Assembly: GCF_006345805.1 (NCBI RefSeq)
Contig: NC_043011.1
Span: 59,904,464 to 59,968,463, forward strand
Origin: Octopus sinensis
Taxonomy: Eukaryota
Direction of reading: 5' to 3'
DNA length: 64,000 bases
Each line of letters starts with the position of its first letter. Positions within the stretch are counted from its first letter, which is position 1. The position numbers and the translations under genes were made by a program. The notes under the pieces are model-generated. The model was not told the DNA's origin, did not search any database, and saw only the letters and a list, made by a program, of their open reading frames with translations. Shown here piece by piece: positions 14,657-28,436 of the stretch.

Positions 14657-15887
14657 CTGCGAAGCAGATGAGTTTATATTAGTTATATTGGTGAGAGCGA
14701 GAGAATATACAGGTTACATTATGATATACGCATAAAGCTTGGAATTTTGAGGGCAAGAGTATATTAAGTTATATCACTTCCCGCTTCTAGTGCTTAGCTG
14801 GAACTTATTTCATCAACTGCTATGGAACCAAAGGCAAAATTAATCTTGGTGAAATTTAAAATCAAAAGCCTAGAGAGGTATGAGTAAATATCCCAATGCA
14901 TTATTATATTACCATTCCAGCAACTCTGTCAATTTACCATTCTTTGATTCGAATATTGCCAACAGATAATGAATGGCACATAGCATTCGCAATGCACAAT
15001 TATGCGCTTAATGCTTTGTTACATCATTGTTTTTAGGGCCTCTTTTATATATATTATCAAGGGCTCAGCTTAAAAATCTTTCTCTTAATAGGAATCTCTC
15101 AAAGCTTCTGCTGTTTAATCTCATGTGAGTACCGACTGAGCAGACCTAAGTCCAAAAACATTCAAACCATGGCCATCTTGTTCAATATTCTACATTAGAT
15201 TATTCCTTTTATTTTTTCTTTCTTTTAACCAAGATAGTAAAGAGTGTTGGTTGCATTTCCCAATCTCAAGGTTTTCAGTTCAGTTCCACTACATGACACA
15301 TCCTCCTCCTCCTCCTCATTGTTTAACATCCCTTTTCCATGCTGGCATGGGTTGGACGGTTTGACTGGGGTCTGGGAAGCCAGGAGGCTGCACCAGGCTC
15401 CAGTCTGATTTGGCAGTGTTTCTACAGCTGGATACCCTTCCTAACACCAACCACTCTATGAGTGTAGTGGCTGCTTTTTACATGCCACCAGCACAGGGGC
15501 CAGAGGAGGCTATCAATGGCCACGATTGGTTGGTGCTTTTTATGTGCCACTGGCACAGAAGCCAGCCAAGGTGATGCTGGCATCAGCCACATTCGGATGG
15601 TGCCTTTTATATACCACCGGCATGGGTATCACAACTACAATTTCCATTTGATTTTTATTTTATGTTGATGTACTTGACTCAATAGGTCTCCTCAAGCAGA
15701 GCAGGTCACCCTATGATCCAAGGTAAGCACAGGACAAACTATGCTTTGTGTGTGCATTTGGTAGATGGAAACTGAAAGAAGCTCATCACACACACACACA
15801 CACAGGTAGATATGTAGTGAAATAATGATAGCAATGATAATTATCAAATACAAAAACTGCAGGAGAAATGCAGAAATGTTGATTTAC

Positions 15888-15987
15888 CTGAAAATCTGTC
15901 TTAGTTAGTGAGGCTCCTGCTTCAACTAACAGATAGCAGATTGCCCGGTTCTGGCAGCGGGCAGCTCTATGCAAAGCAGTTTGACCT
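15888..15987 (-). CDS. DGKZ: DGK ankyrin exon: GQTALHRAARCQNRAICYLLVEAGASLTKTDFQ
   Basis: Acceptor gtaattcccAG, donor GTaaat; 100 nt, phase 2 to 0; resembles DGKZ GETCLHQAA..RTICHYIVEAGASLMKTD. Confidence 0.95.
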
Positions 15988-16450
15988 CTGGGAATTACAA
16001 AAATAAACAAATACATAAAAAAAGAACAAAAATAAAAAGATATCTTCTATACAGTATAAAAAGCATTTTAATTACATCTTTAATTATTTTCCTGGCTACA
16101 GGAAATGTGATACACTGATTAGCAACATTGTGGTATATCAGATTTTAATGAGTACAAACCTTTTAAAATAATTTTTGCTTGTATCTTTGTTTTACCATAT
16201 GTATGTATATATATATATATGTATATATATATATGTATGTATGCATCTAGGAAGCTAATTCCAAGTTGAGCATTTTGAAGTATATTTTGTTCTATGTCAG
16301 GAACTATACAGTCGATCATGTCCTAACTTTTCTTTAAGATAGTAAGGTATTATTTGAGGGAGATTTGGCTGCCATTTCCAGGAAGTCAAATCAACCACAT
16401 AAAGGTAATAAAATAAGGCATACAAAAGAAAAGACAAAATGACACAATAT

Positions 16451-16686
16451 ATTTATTTCTTTATTGCCCACAGGGGGCTAAACATAGAGGGGACAAGCAA
16501 GGACAGACAAAGGGATTAAGTCGATTACATCGATCCCAGTGTGTAACTGGTACTTATTTAATCGACTCTGGAAGGATGAAAGGCAAAGTTGACCTCGACG
16601 GAATTTGAACTCAGAATGTAAGGGCAGACGAAATACCGCTAACCATTTTGCCTGGTGTGTTAACGGTTCTGCCAGCTGGCTGCCCT
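16451..16686 (-). mobile_element. tRNA-derived SINE family B (other minus copies about 22225-22421, 24955-25183, 25478-25691, 40848-41081, 45309-45511, 55066-55282, 59582-59935, 61398-61602, 63121-63330, 63566-63788)
   Basis: Head gagctggcagaa..ttctgagttcaaattc, central gcctttcatcctttcggggtcgataaattaagtaccagt (recalled as resembling the Meta/MESC SINE domain), two alternative 3' ends. Confidence 0.85.
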
Positions 16687-16754
16687 CACTATATTGTAAA
16701 GACACTCTAGTTAATAGTTTTAATAAAAACTGATATAGCTGTAAATATACCTAC

Positions 16755-16791
16755 CTTTCATTATCTACTACATCTAGTATCACAGGTGGGG
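16755..16791 (-). CDS. DGKZ: DGK exon: (A)PPVILDVVDNE(R)
   Basis: Acceptor tatatttcAG, donor GTaggt; 37 nt, phase 1 to 2; resembles DGKZ APPEILDAVEEN. Confidence 0.92.
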
Positions 16792-18319
16792 CTGAAATAT
16801 AATTAAAACAAAAATACAATAAAGATCGAATTACGGTTTCATAAAGATATTCCAATTACATTTAACTGGGTAGAAATGGTTTTGCTTTTACAATAATCTC
16901 TGCTTTGGTATTAACCTGTCTGAAACTGCCCCTTAATCTGTGCTACAAACTCCATTTTAAAATGATTTTAATCACAACATTCCATCACAATTTCATGGTA
17001 TGTTCCAGATTAACCAGACCAAACATTGTACCTGTTTTATGTTCAAAATGGCCAGATCTGGCATCTTGCACCTACCATTCAATGTCATTCTAAAAATAAA
17101 CATATACATTATCAAAATCTTGAATCTACAAGATATTGTATGATTAATTGGAAACAATATGAATAAATTACTGCTGACAAAGTAATGTGAATGCTAACGA
17201 ATTAATAACGATACAATTAATTTTCTAAATTCTTCATTATTTCAAAAATTAACAGAAGCAAAGACTGTGTATTTCAACAGAATATAGTAACAAAAGGGTT
17301 AAACTGTATCATATCAATTCAATTAAGACAACAGCTGATTCCACGGTTCAAACTGCTTCTATTCCTTTTTTTTTTTTAACATGTTGACTCCTACATGTCT
17401 TGCCAGTGGGTCGTGATGGTATGTTAGCAAGTCCCTCCTGACCCACCACTGGGTTGTTCTTTAATTTCTTTCCTATGGGCTTTCTGAGAGGTACAGTATA
17501 GTGTAAAAATATTACACCACTCATATCAAAATTAATTAAGATATATTGGGACCCTGGGATAAAATATAAAATGAGGCTTTGGAGCCAACATGTTCATCAT
17601 CATCCTTGTTTAACGTCTGCTTTCCATGCTAGCATGGGTTGGACGATTTTGACTGAGGGCTGGCAAACCAGATGGCTGCACCAGGCTCCAATCTGATCTG
17701 GCAATGTTTCTACTGCTGGATGCCCTTCCTAATGCCAACCACTCCAAGAGTGTAGTGGGTGCTTTTTACGTGCCACTGGCATAGGGGCCACTCAGGCGGT
17801 ATGGGCAATGACCTCGCCCGAATCTTTTTACACGTGCCAGTGAAGTGTGCTTTTATTTTAATTACTAACCTTCCCTCATCATTTTATGTAAGAATGTTTT
17901 TGTTTATTAATTAGTTGGTGAAGTTATGTTGCAAAAGCCATCTTAATGAAAAAATTAGTTATCATATTAATTCGCTTAAATGTTTGATATTTCCAATATT
18001 TATTGAACCTCATTGCTTGCATAGTTCATAAGAAGCATGGACATGAAAAGGTTAAAACGATAAGGATTTATAGAATCTGATAGAGAGACTGTGAATATCA
18101 TTATTTTGAAGAAGAGTACTTATACAGAAATGATGTGAGTGTATGCAGGAGTGTGTGTCTGTGTGTGTATGTGTGTGTGTGTGTAACATACCATTCCAAG
18201 TGTATGGGACTAAAACAGCAACAATGTGCAAACAGCTAAAATGGATTCTGAGAACAAAAGTTGCTTTATGGAGTCAAGTAAATTATTATGAAATAAAGAC
18301 ACAGAATCAAACACACACA

Positions 18320-18757
18320 CATCTATGCATGTGTGTGTGTATGTGTGTGCATGCACATGTATGTGTATACACATGTCTGTGTACACACACAGACACACAC
18401 ACACACACACACAAAGCCAGCTGAGGGCCAATATAACTGAGTAAAACTCTTTGTGACACAACCCCAGCATGGCTTTAGTCCAATGACGAACCCAGTGAGA
18501 GAAACACGTACACATGCCTGCATGCACATGCATACACTGATATATGCACATGTGTGTGTGAGAATGTAGGCATATGTGTGCATGTATACATATGCATATG
18601 TGTGTATGTATGTATGTATGTGTGTCTGTATGCATGTATGTATATATGTATGTATGTATGTATGTATGTGTGTATGTATGCATGTATGTGTGTGTATGTA
18701 TGTATGTATGTATGTATGAATGTATGTATGTACGTATGCATGTATGTGTATATATAT

Positions 18758-18845
<88 letters not shown>
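18320..18845. repeat. (TG)n/(TATG)n/(TA)n microsatellite block
   Basis: Direct reading. Confidence 0.95.
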
Positions 18846-19108
18846 ATACTTTCTGGCATACAAGTTGAATTTTTCAGATCACAGTTTACAGCCAAATAGC
18901 TCAGTCAATTTATACATCAAGACGACTTTCGAGGAACAAAAATTCCAAGTGGAATGCAGCAGGATTTGGAACACACAGTGACAATGTCTGGATATTTACA
19001 CCAGAAGTCTACGTTATAAATTACGTCAACTTGTATACCGAAAAATACAACTAGAGCCAAGGATGGAAGTATGTATGATATAAATTGTGGTAAACAACAG
19101 TTTCTCAC

Positions 19109-19229
19109 CATTTTCTATGAGGTACTTCACAATATCTTTTTGACCATTACTAGCAGCATGGTGAAGAGCAGTCATTCCATATTCATCCTGAGTTAAAAAG
19201 TTGGCACCATCTTGATGAAGGACGTGCAA
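19109..19229 (-). CDS. DGKZ: DGK ankyrin exon: LHVLHQDGANFLTQDEYGMTALHHAASNGQKDIVKYLIEN
   Basis: Acceptor tctttctttcAG, donor GTgaga; 121 nt, phase 0 to 1; ankyrin consensus TALHxAA..G..DIVKYL. Confidence 0.95.
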
Positions 19230-22200
19230 CTGAAAGAAAGATAAACTTAAAATTATCTTTTTATAAAAAAACAAAAAATGGGAAAAAGAGTTGGTGATGA
19301 GCTGGAATATCGAGTGAGAGACCTAATTAATTATCTGATGAAGGTGTATTTTTTAACAGATTCCACTCTATTACAAGAATCTGGATCTTTTGTCTGAGAT
19401 GATAAATTAAATATGTTGAGGAGTTCAAATAAAACCGAAACAAGCAGTTGCTTTCAACAGCCACCATTAAAGAGCTGTTTTATTCCAACAGACCAGTTCT
19501 ATTCCAAACAGCATTTTCTATATTTTTTATCTTTTACTTGTTTCAATCATTGGACAGCAGCCTTGCTGTGCCACCATTTTAATGGTTTAGTTGAGCAAAT
19601 CAACCCCAGTACTTATTTTAAAACCAGGCACTTATTCTATTGCATTCTTTTTTTGCACCACTAAGTTAGGGGAATGTAAACAAACCAACACTGGTTGTCA
19701 AGCGGTGGTGGGGAACAAACATAAAGACATGTAATCTATATAGTACCTATATAGATAGGGTTAATTAAGCTGTTTCTCTGGAGGCTGAACAAAAATGAAT
19801 AATCGTTAATTGATTTTTGAATTTTATTGGATTCCCCTCAGTGGTGTCTCCATCATTTTCACCAATCCCAGACAAACAAGCAGTCAATCCATTTATATAC
19901 CCAACAATTACAGTAGTTACTATGGTTACTAATTTGTGTCAGGTAAGTGTGAACACTTTAGTCTTAAACACTATGGGCTTCCACACAGTTCTCTCAACCA
20001 AATCTACTCACAACTCTTTGGTCAGCCTAGGGCTATAACAGAAGACCGCTTGCCCAAGGTGCCACACAGTGGCATTGAACCTGAAAGCATGTGGTTGGGA
20101 AGCAAGTGCCTTACCACACAACCATAATCGATCTAAATGGTGTTCTCTCTCTTGCTTGTTGTTTTTAGATCTTCAGCACCTCCGGAAAGGTTTTAATTAC
20201 TAATTGCATGGATAGTGTAAGTTAACTGAGGACTTTCTATTTATCTAAGACTGTCCTCTATCATTATGTTGATTCTCTTTCCTACTACAGCAGCCCATAA
20301 GTGGTAGTAGCTTCTTTCCTTTCCTTCACCAGTCTTAGAGTTCTTGGAGAAAAAAGGTCATAAGGGTTGCCTACCCTTTTTTGGCTAAAGCCATTAAAAT
20401 ATTTAAAAAAAAAAAACAAGAAAAAATATTGGATTTTTAAAAAATATCAATTTAAAAAATTTCCAATAGGATGCTTTGCGGCTTTTCACACATAATTTTG
20501 GAAATGTAGTTATTGCTTTTTAAAGATGGGTGCAGTTTATAATTGCAAATTAAGAATGTAAATGCCTATATTTTAGCTCAGTTCATTGAAGCAAAGACGA
20601 GTTATGTGCTTTGCCAAAGGTATCATGATAATCATTGCGAAAATTATTTTTGAACATTATGTTGTCAAAAGCCAGACAACATTCTAACCTTGCATCAAAC
20701 TGCTCATTCAGTTCAATCAGTGTTTTTAATTTGTACTTGAAAGTTTGTTTAAATAAATTATCAAAGGACTTAATAGTTTTTCATGTCATAGCAACAATAA
20801 CAACAACAATGAAACAATAACAATCTCAAAATAATAAGTAGTAATGTGTATTTGCTATCAAGCAAATGACTGTGTGGATGTAGGAAGCTGTTAAATAATA
20901 AATGGAGAATGTGTAATATAGAAAATAAATAAAATGAAAGTGAGTAGAAGGATGAGGTGTGCATCACACTGCTCAGAGTGGGAAACAGAAAAAAAAATGA
21001 GAGGAGAGAATTAAAAAGTGTAGATTAGTTTAAGAGGAATTAGCATTCTGTTGCTTTAAGCACAAAGAGGAATAGGAACAATTTTAATATACTGATGACT
21101 AATGATGGAAAACAAGGAAAATATTTGTAAAGAGTAAATAATGGAATTTGTTTTAGTCTGAATGTTATGATAAAGGAACTGCAATAATTGATAAATGCAG
21201 ATCGTCTTTCAGTGTTATTATAATATTTTTGTAATTATAAGAACAATGCCTTTACAGTATATGGTTTGTAAGGCAAACTTATACGTATTTCTTTTTACAT
21301 CTCAATTTAACCTAATGGCATGCAGTACTTCTATGTTTCTATTGATATCTTCATCATTTTAACATCTACTTTTCCATGATTGCATGGGTTAGATGAAATT
21401 CATTAACCATTTAGCTTTTAGACGATTCTGTCAAATTTAATGCTTACTAATTCACATAGTTTTTAAATAATCATGCATCATCTTGTAGCTTCAACATTTT
21501 GATATGTGGTTGTTTATTTCAAGAATGGCATTGTATGATAGGTGTGAGAAGCTGGATCTGGCTAGTTCAAATACTAAAGACTGTATGCTCTCTTTGTCAT
21601 TAACTCTCACCTGTTTCCAGTTAAGAAGACAAGAAACAAACATCACTTGCATGATGATGATGATGATGATGCTCATATACAAATATCCCATGATGTCAAG
21701 GCAAGAGTATACACACTTATATAAACAAAGGGCATCTTTGAATTTCCATCGACCAAATCCATTCACAAAGTTTTTGTCAGTAGAAGACCCTTGCCTAAGG
21801 TGCCAGACACTGGGAATGAACCCCAAACCATAAGGTTGGGAAGCAAGTAACTTAACTGCACAGCCAAGCCAGCACCATAATTTTTTTTATCAGTTTTATA
21901 TAATTATCTAATTATCAATTAACCATTCAGTGGAGCAGTAAAATGTGTTAAAATGTTCTAGATAAAAAAAAAAGCTGTCATTTTCAAGTGTCCAAGTGGC
22001 TATGTTTATACATCATTGTCACGTCAGAATTACAAATTAATAGTAATATTGTTATGTGAAAGACGAAGTATGTGGTCTCTAAGGTAAGAAATATATTAAT
22101 GGTTTCACTAGTTCTTTTGAACAGATAAACCATTCTCTATGCTTAATAAAAAAATATTAGCATTTTTTCCTAACATAGACATAACAATAATTCTAATAAA

Positions 22201-23120
22201 AATGGCTTCAAATTTTGGCATAAGATCAGCAATTTTAGAGGGAGGCTGTTATTTGATACCACAGACCCTAGTGTACAACTGGTACTTATTTTATCAACCC
22301 TTAAAGGATGACAAGCAAAGCCAACCCTGGTGGTATTTGAACCCAGAATGTAAAGAATAAAAAGAACTGCTGCTAAGCATTTTGTCCAGCAAGCTAATGA
22401 TTCTGCCAGCTTGCTGCCTTAATTAAAATAATTACAATGTCTTTTATTTGCCACAAGGGTGTGGGAGTGAATGAGAAATTAAGACGATCTTAAAAAATAG
22501 TGTGGGCATTTACATAAAACAGGATGAGAAAGAAGAAAACAGAAGAATGAGATAAAAAAATTATATAAATAACATCCATGAATACATGTATGATAGAGTC
22601 CTGCAGGGATTGGAAATAGAAATAATTACTGTATTAAAAGGTGCCTTGGAAGAGATATAAAAAACTCAGGCAAATATATTATCAAAATATGAAGCACAAC
22701 AGTTAGGCCTGGGGGATAAATAACAAAAGCAGAAACATATCTGCACACTGCTAAGAACCTTGGCCTAGTGGATGAGAGCACTGAAATCCTCAAGAGATAA
22801 AAGTACTGTGGGATGAATTACTATTCAGGAACATGTACCATTTAATGAAGAATTTGAAAGAAAAAATGTCATTTGACATTGTTTCGCCATAAGAGAAAAT
22901 AAGTGTTATAATAATTGCATCAGTTATAGTAATCATCTCTCAAGTACATTAGGACAGGTAAATTACCTTACCTGTTACTTAAGGCAAGTCTTGTGATTGT
23001 TATTGAGTGAAATATAGAGAGGCAAGCAGCTTGATAGATGTTACAGCTTTTTTAAATACATAGAACTACATAGATCAAAGGAAGGTGTTTGTTTGAAGGA
23101 CACACACACACACGCACACG

Positions 23121-23177
<57 letters not shown>

Positions 23178-23694
23178 ATGAATATATAATTACATTAATG
23201 AGAGAAAGAGAGAGTGTGTGTGTGTATGTGTGTGTGTAAAGATAGATAAATGAAAAATATGTCTATGTTTGTTTCTATGTTCAGTTATGATAAAAATAAT
23301 TTTACATTATTCTGATGAGCTACTCTTTACTTATGTAGAGTACAAATTAATTATTCTTAAACAAGAATGTTGTTGACTGTGACTTCAGAGTTTTGGTTAA
23401 CTAAGCCATTGTTGGGTGAAACTTTGAAGTCACTATAAATGAAAATATGAAGGTAAATGGACCAAATAGATACATAGATAAGTAGATAGATTAGACAGGT
23501 AGACAAGTAAAGTAAGCTCTCTTTCACTCTCTCTCTCTTGGGAAGAGAGATTGCAAGAGAACACAGCATACATTGCACAAAAACAGCAAAAAAAAAAAAA
23601 GAGTTTTACGATACAACACAGTTTAATAATACAATAAAGCAAAAGAAAAACAAATGTAAAAAATGTTAGATTTTTTAAAGTATATTTTACTAAC

Positions 23695-23732
23695 CTTTTG
23701 TAAATCTCCATGTTTAGAGGCATCAATGACCA
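23695..23732 (-). CDS. DGKZ: DGK exon: (M)VIDASKHGDLQK, start of ankyrin region
   Basis: Acceptor gtttctttttAG, donor GTtagt; 38 nt, phase 1 to 0; resembles DGKZ LIEAAKRNDFCK. Confidence 0.9.
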
Positions 23733-24197
23733 CTAAAAAGAAACATAAGAAAATAGTGGAATGGTAAGTATTTTCACATAAATTGAAGGACAGATGGAGT
23801 TGTAGTTATTTCAGGAAACCAATTCTTCACACACACAAAATGGAGAAGGCTTACAACTAAAAAGAGGAAAAAAATGAAATGCAGTTGGGCCCAGGATGGG
23901 AGAAGCAGCAGAAAGATCCTGTTGCTGGTTATGGAGCAAAGGAGAGGAGGTGTGCTCTTGCGGTGATTTTACTAGTTAAACTGGAAGCCAGATGGTGATG
24001 ACGAGCAGTAATGTGGCCACCTCTGCTGACCCACAAATGGGAAGGTGTTATGGTAGAGAGTCGATCATTGAATATCATCTGGTGATATCAATTCCTCCTT
24101 GTTAAAGGTATATCAGACAAACGTGAATAAAGAAACAGCTTCTTTTAGATGCTATAAATATCATGTTATGTACGTATGTGTGTGTGAGTACGCATCA

Positions 24198-24654
24198 TAT
24201 CATCATCATCATCATCGTTTAACATCTGTTTTCCGCGCTAGCACAGGTTGGACTGTTCAACTGGGGTCTGGGAAGCCAGGAGGCTGCACCAGGCTCCAGT
24301 CTGATCTGGCAGAGTTTCTACAGCTTGATGCCCTTCCTAACGCCAACCACTCCGTGAGTGTAGTGGGTGCTTTTTACGTGCCACCTGCACAGGTGCCAGG
24401 GGGGTCTGGCATCGGCCACAATCGGTTGAAGCTTTTAACGTCCCACCGGCACGGTAGCCAGCCAAGGCAGCGCTGGCAACGCCCACGTTCGGATGGTGCT
24501 TTTTATGTGTCACCGGCACAGAAGCCAGTCAGGGCAGCGCTGACATCGGCCACGTTCGGATGGAGTTTTTTATGTGCTACCGGCACAGAAGCCAGTCGAG
24601 GCGGCGCTGGCAACGGCCACGTTTGGATGGTGCTTTTTATGTGCCACCGGCACC
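24198..24654 (-). mobile_element. SINE family C with (GAT)n tail and internal ~65-bp tandem units (other copies about 15301-15630 -, 17595-17842 -, 26085-26430 +, 40128-40370 +, 40770-41320 -, 50283-50480 -, 55995-56220 -, 62090-62265 -)
   Basis: Shared gttggcgttaggaagggcatccagctgtagaaac core and gcttttta(c/t)gtgccaccggcac units. Confidence 0.8.
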
Positions 24655-25696
24655 ACACACACATATATATTTATGTACACACACACATACATGTGTGAGT
24701 GTCTGTGTGTGTGTATAAAACCATCATCGTATCTACTTTTCTATGCTTGCATGGAACAGATTTTCTACTGCAGGGTCCCCTCCTCATTGCTAACCCCCAT
24801 CTGTTTCCAAGTAGAGCAATATTTCACTATGGCCAGATACTTGTTTTTTTTATGGAGGACCAGAAATGAACAACTTCACTCGTATGATGGTGATGCTCAT
24901 TTGTAATCATCTCCTGATGTGAAGACAAGGTTATCCATCCACCCATCCATATTATGTCTTTACTACCCACAAGGGAATAAACACAGAGGGGACAAACAAG
25001 GACAGACAAAGGGATTATGTCAATTACATCGACCCCAGTGCATAACTGGTACTTATTTAATCGACCCTGAAAGGATGAAAAGCAAAGTCGACCTTGGCGG
25101 AGTTTGAACTCAGGATGTAATGGCAGATGAAATACCGCTAAGCATTTCACCCGGCGTGCTAACGTTTCTGCCAGCTTGACACCCACCCATCTGCACACAC
25201 ACACAAATAGACAATGATGATGATGACAACGAGGATTGCAATTCTCACCACCACATCTTTTAATGGCATCCATTACTATGTCATCTAATATGTCGCCTCA
25301 TTTTTTTAAGACAGCAGGCAGTGATTTGACTATTATTCCTAGCAGGTCAGGAATCCTATTTCATCCTGATTTCTTTGAAATTGAATTGAATTCCATCCTG
25401 ATACAGTCTTTTACAGACAGTCCTACCTGGGTGCACTTATACTATTTTTGTTTCAGCTCAAAAGACAGTTAATAATCCTTTCTACTCTAGGCACAAGGTC
25501 TGAAAATTTGGGGGAGGAGGTTAGTCGATTAGATCAACCCTAGTACGCAACTGGTACTTAATTTATTGACCCTGAAAGGATGAAAGGCAAAGTTGACCTT
25601 AGCGGAATTTGAACTCAGAATGTAGCAACCAACAAAATACCGCTAAGCATTTCGTCCATCTTGCTAACAACCCCGTCAGCTTGCCGCCTTCAAGAC

Positions 25697-25735
<39 letters not shown>

Positions 25736-26500
25736 TAATAATAATAACAACAACAATAATAATAATGAACTGATTGTATACAGTGCTCAGGTGCACAAAA
25801 CTAATCAGGAAAAGTAACTAAAACTGCATGAACAGCACACAGAATATGCACAGGAAGTGAACAGTGAATAAGTCGTTAACAAAAAAGAAAAAAAAGTGTA
25901 TGTGTGTGGGTGGGGGGGGTGCATCAGGTGTACTGTTTGCAAATTTCAGGAGGCATGGAAGTTTTGAAGGATGTAGTGTCCTGACAGCTAACAACTGATG
26001 TGGGTAGTTAATTCCATGCTTCAGCAATTCTGAGCATGTAAGAAATGTTTCTGAAAGTCGAGAGTGCTGCGTTGGTTTTTGATTTTGTAAGCATGCCCAT
26101 GTATTGGTGGCATGTAAAAAGCACCATTCGAGTGTGGTTGGTGCCAGTACTGCCTGACTGGCTCCAGTGCCGGTGGTATGTAAAAAGCACTGTTTAAGCG
26201 TGGTTGATGCCAGTACTGCCTCACTGGCACTCATGCCAGTGGCACGTAAAAAGCACCAATTACACTCTCGGAGTGGTTGGTGTTAGGAAGGGCATCCAGC
26301 TGTAGAACACTGGCCAGATCAGATTGGGGCCTGGTACAGCCAACCTTCTGGTTCGCCAGTCTTCAGTCAAATCGTCCAACCCATGCCAGCATGGGAAGCA
26401 GACATTGAATAACAATGATGATGATGATGATGATGATTCAGTCTTGTTCAAATATCCATTAAGTTCAGAAGTAGCAAATAATGATTATGAAACGACTTAC

Positions 26501-26577
26501 TTCGGTCTAAAGAGTTAAGGCAGTGTGGTTCGACAGTAGACAATGGAAATTTGTCACCAGGGAATTCAGGCTGACAA
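26501..26577 (-). CDS. DGKZ: DGK linker exon: (S)CQPEFPGDKFPLSTVEPHCLNSLDR
   Basis: Best candidate found for the required phase 2 to phase 1 bridge; acceptor atctctttatAG, donor GTaagt; 77 nt. The peptide itself is not recognisably conserved. Confidence 0.75.
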
Positions 26578-26999
26578 CTATAAAGAGATTAAAATAAGTT
26601 GCATTTTAGTATATAGATATATGTGTGTGCAACACTTACAAACATAATCGGTATTTTAAGCATTAGTTTAAAAACACTGCTTCGGCTAAATAAACAAGCT
26701 GCAAGTCTTCTTCAAAACAAATACATAAATCAGAATATGTTTTATCATGGAATTTGATTAACATAAAGTAAGTTTTATATTTCTTCTAAGTAACAATATT
26801 ATTACAATTACTTCTCATTTTTTCTTTTCTTTGTCAGATAAACTAATCTTGTTTGTCAGTTAAATTCATTGCTGCAGACTTTTTACAATGAAACATCATA
26901 GGATCGTATTTTTACTCAGTGAATAAAAAATAAATGTGAGAGAAATTCTAAATAAAAGAACTACACCAATATTAGATAAACATTTTTATGATAATAGTT

Positions 27000-27376
27000 T
27001 TTGTAATTCTGGCACAATAGCAGCAATTTTGAAGGGAGGGGGCCAAGTTGATTATACTGACCCCAGTATTTGACTGATACTTATTTTATTGGACCCTGAA
27101 AGGATGACAAAGTTGAAATTGGTGGGATTTGAACTTGGAATGTAAAGAACCAGAAGAGATGCTGCTAGCTTGCCACTACATATTTTGCAATGATAATAAT
27201 ATATTTCTTTCTAATTTCGGCACAATGCCAGCAATTACGAGGGGAGGGTGCAAGATAACCCTAGTATCTGACTGGTACTTATTTTATTGACTCTGGAAGG
27301 ATGAAAGGTGAAATCGATAGGGATGTTGCTAACCATTTTGCCAGTGCGCTAATGATTCTGTCAGTTTGCCTCCCTA

Positions 27377-27423
<47 letters not shown>

Positions 27424-27654
27424 TAATAATAATAATAATAATGTTTTCTCTTGTAGGCACAAGGCCTGACATTTGAGGGAAGGGATTAAATCAATTACAT
27501 CAACCCCAGTGTGTAACTGGTACTTAATTTTTCAACCCCGAAAGGATGAAAGATAAAGTCAACCTTGGCAGAATCTGAACTCAAAAGGTAGTCATAAATG
27601 AAATACCGATAAGCATTTCGCATGGCATGCTAACAATTCTGCCAGCTCACTGCC

Positions 27655-27690
<36 letters not shown>
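27000..27690 (-). mobile_element. Three head-to-tail family B SINE copies joined by AAT-rich tails
   Basis: Repeated gaccccagta..ctggtactt..gaaaggatga..gaactc blocks near 27010-27170, 27210-27380 and 27450-27660. Confidence 0.75.
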
Positions 27691-27700
<10 letters not shown>

Positions 27701-28285
27701 GCTTATTGTATACAATGCTTAGGTATGCTATAACCTTGAATCAAACTGTTTTTACCAAGAGATTGAAAAAAGAACCAAATTTTAGAGATGCATCATTATT
27801 TACCAGTAAGAAAAGAAAAAAAAAACAATTTCAAGAGAAATGCACCTTCAGATAAAGTCTATGGAATTATTTTTGCATTATCATTTTTTCCCCCATGATA
27901 ATTTAACAATGGAAATTAGCTATTAAAGAAAAACAAGGATTATTATTAACAATCAAGATTAAAAAAAAAAGGAAAAAAAACTCTGTTGATCAAGAATTAA
28001 AATCTGAGAAGCTTTGCCCAAACACAGTGAATGCATCTTTGATTGGATGACACAATTTAGGATTTCTTGCAGTGGGTTTTGTTTTTTCGTTTTTTGTTAC
28101 TATTATGTGAAGTTGTGTCTCATGCAGACTTTTTTTTTTTAGTGGCCTCTTCATTGATAAGAAACCACTTGTAACTAATTAGCAGAGAGTGAAGAAATAA
28201 TTAAAGAAAGAAAGAAATCATTACCCAACTATTATCTGACAACAAGTTTAACAAAATCTTTATTTCCTATTGTTGTTCTTTGATG

Positions 28286-28321
<36 letters not shown>

Positions 28322-28381
28322 AACACATACATACACTTATACATATGTGTGTGAATACACACACACACATGTGTATATGTT

Positions 28382-28436
<55 letters not shown>

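Noticed and set aside
23305-23360. CUGAUGA followed by a UACUCU/AGAGUA stem, considered as a hammerhead
   Set aside because: No GAAA and no stem I complementarity
24099-24698. 199-aa plus-strand ORF
   Set aside because: Lies within a family C SINE and its GC-rich tandem units; the same peptide pieces recur in other copies
24360-27690. Regularly spaced repeats considered as a CRISPR-like array
   Set aside because: Eukaryotic intron; units are SINE-internal tandems or whole SINE copies with no unique spacers or cas genes
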